NCBI GenBank assembly: GCA_965112735.1 | Contig: OZ218957.1 | Span: forward strand, 2,108,001 to 2,172,000 | Source of the DNA: Phaeosaccion multiseriatum | Lineage: Eukaryota > Protista > Ochrophyta, other classes | Length of the DNA: 64,000 bases | Reading direction: 5' to 3' | Shown here: piece after piece, positions 58,492-64,000 of the stretch | How the letters are laid out: each line of letters starts with the position of its first letter | Position numbering within the stretch: position 1 is the stretch's first letter | Made by a program: the position numbers and the translations under genes | Notes under the pieces: generated by a model | Told to the model about the DNA's origin: nothing | The model's input: only the letters and a program-made list of their open reading frames with translations | Databases searched by the model: none

Positions 58492-58891
58492 CCTTCCGTA
58501 CGCCGCTCCTCCGAGGATGAGCCCTCCAGGTGATGGCCGTAGCAGTTGCGGAAAGGAGGAACAGCCGGAGCACAGGGCAGAAGACGGCTCTATAGTCGGA
58601 CAGAGAAGTGGCCAGAGAAGGGGGAGGAAGAGAGGAGGAATCAAAGGAGGTAATCACAGGGCCGACTCCGAACCACCAACTTTCCCACCTCTTACAACCC
58701 AATGTGTGAGAACAACCTTCTTTTGGGGACAAGTGGCAGAATGGGAAGACCAAGTGCACAGCCAATAAGACACGCCAGACCATGCTCCCCCCCTACTCTT
58801 CTCTCACCTTCTCACGCCCTCTCTAACCTCTTCGATTTCTCGGAAACACTCGGGTTTGGTGGCCTATCCCAGAGGAAACCCTACCGTCAGC

Positions 58892-58948
58892 GAGGAGAGG
58901 AAGCAGTGCGTGCACGATTGCGGACATCCCTGCCCCTGCCAGGACTGA
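58892..58948 (+). pseudogene. Third, 3'-terminal fragment of the same ankyrin-like gene
   Basis: Translates EERKQCVHDCGHPCPCQD*, versus EEMKQWVHANGRPCSCQD* in the intact gene. Confidence 0.8.
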
Positions 58949-59217
58949 CAAAATGTCGACTGAGCTCTCTCTACCGCAAAGTCTACGCTCGTGCGTTGGG
59001 AAGGCGAAGTCAGCATGTGAAAGGCGTCTCCAGCAACCAGCATCATTGAATAACAGACGCTCGCTGTTGCCGGCACTTTTGAGGGAACACGCTGTGATCT
59101 TCAGATTTGTCTCATGGCCCCGTTGCACTATCTCGTGCATGTGTCTGCAGAGACATGCATCACCTTCTCCCATCCCGAGCTTCTCCCACCGCCCATATCG
59201 AGGCATACGCAAACGCA

Positions 59218-59255
<38 letters not shown>

Positions 59256-60103
59256 TCCTTTCCATTGGTCTTCACTCCTGTTGTGGTTGGTCCGTCCTGC
59301 CCTTTGCTGTGATCCTTCGCACTTCTTCCAACGCCGGTTGAGTCTCCCTCGCCGTATGAGGGGAAGGGGAAGTCTCAAGCCCCCCCCCCCCCGAGCAAGC
59401 TTCTTCCCCCCCTCGAGAAGCCTGCACACTGTGCGTACGTGCGATCTGTGCTGAGTCAGTCTTCGACGAAGAAACCGAAGCTTCCATTCACCTCCCCGAG
59501 GTGCTCCACTCTCTCTCCACTTCCCCGGGCCTGACACCAGCAACGCTATCCTCTTGCACTGTTGCTGACACCACCAGCACGCCTAGTACTAGTACTCTTC
59601 GTGCTGCTGCACCCAACCAACTGCTGCTCCTGCTGGCATTCTAACCACGCATCTCTACTCTTCTCGTTCGCCTCAAGTTGGGGTCTCGCCTTGGGCCTCA
59701 GGGCTCACAGCACAGGCCACTCTGTCGCACACCTCGTCCCCTGCCTCTCTCTCTCTCTCTCTCTCTCGCGTGCACCGCAAAGCCCCCTCAAGGGATACCC
59801 CCCGCACCGCCGCGCCATCGCACCATGTAGGCAGTCAGCACCAGACAGGCAGGTCGTGGGAGCTCTGTTTTGCTTCTGCTCTTGTCTTCCCCTCGCGCCG
59901 CTCTTCCTCCACGACGAAAAGATTACTCCTCGCGGTGGAAGACGGGAGGGCATGCCTTCCTTCCACCCACTGAGGCTCTGCTTCAACACAGGACCAGGGT
60001 TTTCTGCAGACGACGCAAAACCACATGCCCTTTCGGATCTTGGAAGGGCAAGTGTGTGGCCGAGGGAGAGGTAGGGGGACATTCGGAGAGAGGGTGGACT
60101 GCT

Positions 60104-60623
60104 TCACGCCTCGGTCTCTACCGCGGGAGACGGCCTTGTCACAAGCAGCGTGCTTTCCCCCCCCCCTCTAACACCAACACCACTGCTGCTGTAGCTGCTG
60201 CTGTAGCTGCTGCCCCCACCGGCAGGAGAGGAAGGTGCCGAAGGTGCCGTGCATTCGTGGTATCCGCTGCGCCTTCCCAGGAGGCCTCCAAAGCGGCCTG
60301 AGGCCTATTGCATGGTGGGCGGGGGGGCAGGCACGAGGACCGAATACGAGGTGGCAGTGAGCGAGCAGTGAGCGAGCAGTGAGGTGAGCAGTGAGGGTGA
60401 GCAATGAGGGTGGGCGGTGAAATGGCCCATAAAGTGAGTAGTGACATGGCGCAGGAAGTGAGGAGTGAAATGGCCCATAAAGTGAGTAGTGAGTGTGAGG
60501 GTGAGCAGTGAGGGTGAGCAGTCCAATCGTAAGCATACCTTCTTCATGACAAGTGCCGCAGTCAGCAGCAAGGCCGCTCCGACCCCAACGCACAGCATCG
60601 CAATGCCACTGCCGCTACTACTG

Positions 60624-60655
<32 letters not shown>

Positions 60656-60995
60656 GGTGCTGCTGCTGCTGCTGCTGCTACCTCTCGAGAAGAACGCCAG
60701 AGGGTGCCAAGCGTCGGGGTGGGCGAGCTTGTGATGGGCAGCGCGGCGGGCCTTAACCGCCTGGTGGGCTCGGTAGGTGGCGATGAGGCGAGAAAGCCAC
60801 ACGAAGGAGGCCTTCTCGTGTCGCTCGAGGGTGGCATAGTTCATATACACCAGGCCGAAGCGCTTCGTGTAACCGTCAGCCCACTCAAAATTGTCCAGCA
60901 GTGACCAGGCGAAGTATCCCCTCACGTCCACGCCGTCGTGGGCAACGGCCTCGTTGAGCGCCTTGATGTACCCGGCGAAGTAGTTGATGCGCCTG

Positions 60996-61063
<68 letters not shown>

Positions 61064-63860
61064 CAGGCAGACAGATGGAGACGGAGAGAAGGGAGGGTAG
61101 GGGGTGTAGCAGTCGTAGCAGAGCAGTGTGCGGGGGGTCGCAAGCTTTCCGAGTTGATAGGCCCTGCGTGTGTGCGTGTATGCGTGTGTGCGTGTGTGCG
61201 GGCACTGGTCTTACCATGCATCTCTCAGCACAAAGGGGAACGGCAGCATCGACTCTCCGGGCACGTCACAGCCGTTCTCAGTTACGATAATGGGCACGTC
61301 GTAACGCTCGTAGACCCACTTTAGCACTTTCCGGAAGCCCCAGGGGGCTACGTGCAGCCAGGGCGACTCCCCTGTTTCTCCAATCTCTTTCCCGCTATTG
61401 TCTACGTATGTAACGGTAACTGGTGGATAGTGTTAGGAGGGTTGGGAAGGAGGGATTAGGGCGGGGGGGGGGGGGGGGGCAGATGAGCAGGGCAAGTTGA
61501 GAGCAGCAGCAGGAGCAGAGCAGCAGCCGGAGCACAGCAGTAGCAGAGGATGGGATGCTCCCTTCCCCCCACACCACCTCCCTCCCTCACACATCCATCC
61601 CCACCTACCATCCATGTCACGATCCCAGCCCTCAGCAAGGTTCTCCTCCAAGCGAGGGCCCGGCCCCACTAGCACGCTCGAGTAGTGATTGATGCCGAGG
61701 AAGGCCGGGGGGTTCCTCAGCAGTAGCGCCCGTTGCTCCGAGGTGAAGACAGGGAGGCGATCCCCAATGGTCTCTCTCATGACTTGCGGGTAGTCTCCAA
61801 CGAAGATGGGGTCAGCAAACCACGAGAATTGAAACTCATTGAAGCGCTGACTCGCCTTCGCAGCTTCATCCGACTTGTCCAGCGGCTCTGGCCAGTCGCC
61901 GTTGAGAGTGATGCTGACCATGCCTCCCTGCTTGGTCTTGAAGCGGGTGCGATACAACTCCATGGTGTGGGCGTGTGCGAGAAGCACAGTATGGACTACG
62001 GTGTAGGGCTCACTGTTGCCCGATCCTTCGTCGCACATGACTCTGTCGGAGCAGCGGCCCGGGGCGTGCGTCCCGGCCAGGTATCTGCAGGTGTATGGGT
62101 GTTAAAGGTAGAGGGAAGACGTCGATGGAGCAGGTGCAGGTACAACACACACACACACACAAGCAGACGTGAGGAGGGTGGACAAGAAGGAGGAGGGATG
62201 AGGGGGGCAGAAAGACGTCTCCTCCTACGTGCTTCCTCACTCCTCCCCATTCCCACCCGTAATCACCTAACAATTTACCCACGAACCTCCCGCACCCCTC
62301 ACCCGAGATATCTTAACCCTCTCCTCTTACTGCTTCTCATTCTTCCCCTCCCCTCCCTCTTCTCCCCTCTGGCTGCTGCGCAATCCTCCCCTCCCCTCTC
62401 TCTTCTCCCCTCTGGCTGCTGCTCACTCATCCCCTCCCCTCCCTCTTCTCCCCTCTGGCTGCTGCTCATTCATCCCCTCCCCCCTCTCTTCTCCCCTCTG
62501 GCTGCTGCTCACTCATCCCCTCCCCTCCCTCTTCTCCCCTCTGGCTGCTGCGCAATCCTCCCCTCCCCTCCCTCTTCTCCCCTCTGCTGCTCACTCATCC
62601 TTTCCCCTCTCTTTTCTATCCCCCTCTTACCCGTGGTGCGCGAATGTCCACGGCTCGTTGAAGGTGAGCCAATACTTGACTCGATCTCCAAACGCCTCGA
62701 AGCACACGGCTGCAAAGTCTGTGAACAGCGGCACCAGCGCCTCGCTCCTCCAGCCCTTGTATTTGTCCTCTAGCGCCTGGGGCAGGTCTGTGGGTGAGGG
62801 GAGGGGAGGGAGGGAAGGGGCAGGAACAGGGACAGCACATGTCGAGCCAGTTACTCGGTTAGTCAGCAAAATAGCAAAATAGGCAGGCAGGCAGGATAGA
62901 CAGGCAGGCAGACAACCAATCCGGACAGGCGAGAAGGGAGCCTCTCCCACCCCTCCTGCCCCCCACACACCTATAACACTGCAAACAGCAGCTGTACCCC
63001 CCCTCTACCCCTCTGAGGCTTTACGCGTACGTACCCCAGTGGTACAGTGTTACAAAAGGCACTATATCTGCCGCCAGTAGGGCATCAATAACCTTGTTGT
63101 AGTGGTCAATGCCAGCCTGATTGACCTCTCCCTCCCCGCTGGGAAGTATGCGGCTCCACGAGATACTCAGACGGAAGTGCGTGGTCCCCAGCCTGTGCAT
63201 AATGCCAATGTCTTCCTCGAATCGGTGGTATGAGTCGCAGGCAACGTTGCCGTCTTCGTTATGGGCCACCTTTTAAACGCCAGTACAGCATGAATGGAAT
63301 AGCAGTGATTGGGAGAGTGGGTGGCGAGAGACACGGAGTAGCGGGGGGGTAAGATGTCCCTGCAGCATGAAGGAGGAGCGTGTGTGGCAAGTAAGTAGAG
63401 GAGAAGGTGGATAAGCGTAGCTGCCTTACTTTGCCTGGGGTGTGAGAGAACGTGTCCCAAATTGAAGGTCCTCGCCCGTCCTACGGAGGGAAGTGCGTGG
63501 GTCGTGGGTGAGTGAGAGAGTCGGGGGAAGAGACAGCGGGAGGGGGAGGGGGGGAAGGTTAAGGTTAAGATTAGGAGGGAACTCTTGGGCGAGTGAGTGG
63601 CGCACGGAAATGGAGAGAGGCGAGGTTAAGCCACCGTCTGCACGGACCTCATCCCAAGCGCCTTCCACTTGGTAGCTCGCGGTAGCTGTTCCCCACATGA
63701 AGTCGTCTGGAAGGGCATCAATGAAGTCCGGCGTCACAGAGTCCATCAAATCCTCGTAGGAAAGGGGAGCGACGCGGTCTTGGACATGCGCCACCGCCAC
63801 CCCAATGAATACCAGCAGCAAAAGCAGAGGAGGACGAGAGAGAACGGTGGCAGGAGGCAT
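60104..63860 (-). CDS. Glycoside hydrolase family 1 beta-glucosidase, type I membrane protein (8 exons)
   Basis: Signal peptide; [35 protein letters not shown], catalytic TFNEP and [28 protein letters not shown]; Ser linker, TM helix [20 protein letters not shown], then a last exon encoding a cytosolic tail. Confidence 0.95.
62345..62600. repeat. About 42-bp minisatellite (about 6 copies) in a GH1 intron
   Basis: CCCCTCCCTCTTCTCCCCTCTGGCTGCTGC(T/G)CA.. units, directly visible. Confidence 0.88.
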
Positions 63861-63863
63861 GCT

Positions 63864-63987
63864 TTCCGACAGTTTAACTCCTCGCACAAGGCTTTGCACG
63901 GAAGGATGCCACCGGCCTGATGAGTTCCGACAGTTTAACTCCTCGCACAGAGCTTTGCACGGAAGGATGCGACCGGCCTGATGAGTT
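63864..63987. repeat. 61-bp direct tandem duplication just upstream of the GH1 start codon
   Basis: TTCCGACAGTTTAACTCC...GGCCTGATGAG x2 with 3 mismatches. Confidence 0.93.
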
Positions 63988-64000
63988 GCTTGAGAAAAAA

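Noticed and set aside
59000-60100. ORFs of 100-170 aa between the ankyrin-like locus and GH1
   Set aside because: No motifs, non-ATG starts and overlap with CA/CT repeats; likely UTR or intergenic.
63917-63987. CTGATGAG resembling a hammerhead ribozyme core (also at about 31834)
   Set aside because: No GAAA follows a closing stem II and no stems I/III with a cleavage triplet can be built.
63864-63987. CRISPR-like repeat
   Set aside because: Contiguous tandem duplication with no spacers, in a eukaryotic context with no cas genes.

Overview
Eukaryotic, GC-rich, gene-dense nuclear DNA with spliceosomal GT-AG introns packed with microsatellites. It most likely comes from a flagellate photosynthetic stramenopile (ochrophyte): two proteins carry signal peptide + F/Y transit-peptide bipartite plastid leaders, and WDR92 and a PKD2 channel imply a ciliated stage. 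The (GGGA)n/(CCCT)n introns are reminiscent of eustigmatophytes, but the taxon is inference only. Splicing by hand gave 16 protein-coding genes: Mpv17/PMP22, G-alpha, an orphan, a giant poly-Gly FN3 protein, two more unknowns, GCP3, a CsgA-like SDR, PAC1/PSMG1, a short DHHC acyltransferase, a small C2-CaaX protein (not in the ORF track), proteasome beta-3, WDR92, PKD2-like channel, glutathione reductase and a membrane-anchored GH1 beta-glucosidase. A 17th, an intronless F-box-like/ankyrin-like gene, is flanked by two decayed inverted copies. Most other ORFs in the track are microsatellite artefacts. The main unexplained structures are: (i) a 15-nt module CAGTTGGTGRTACAG scattered at 8 loci in exons, introns and flanks; (ii) a 345-bp palindrome-of-palindromes element in an intron; (iii) a perfect 33-bp hairpin behind G-alpha; (iv) introns with polarised, complementary repeat arms; (v) a head-to-head DHHC / C2-CaaX pair that may be enzyme and substrate. 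No rRNA, tRNA, CRISPR or autonomous transposon was found. Exon boundaries and starts are manual and unverified.
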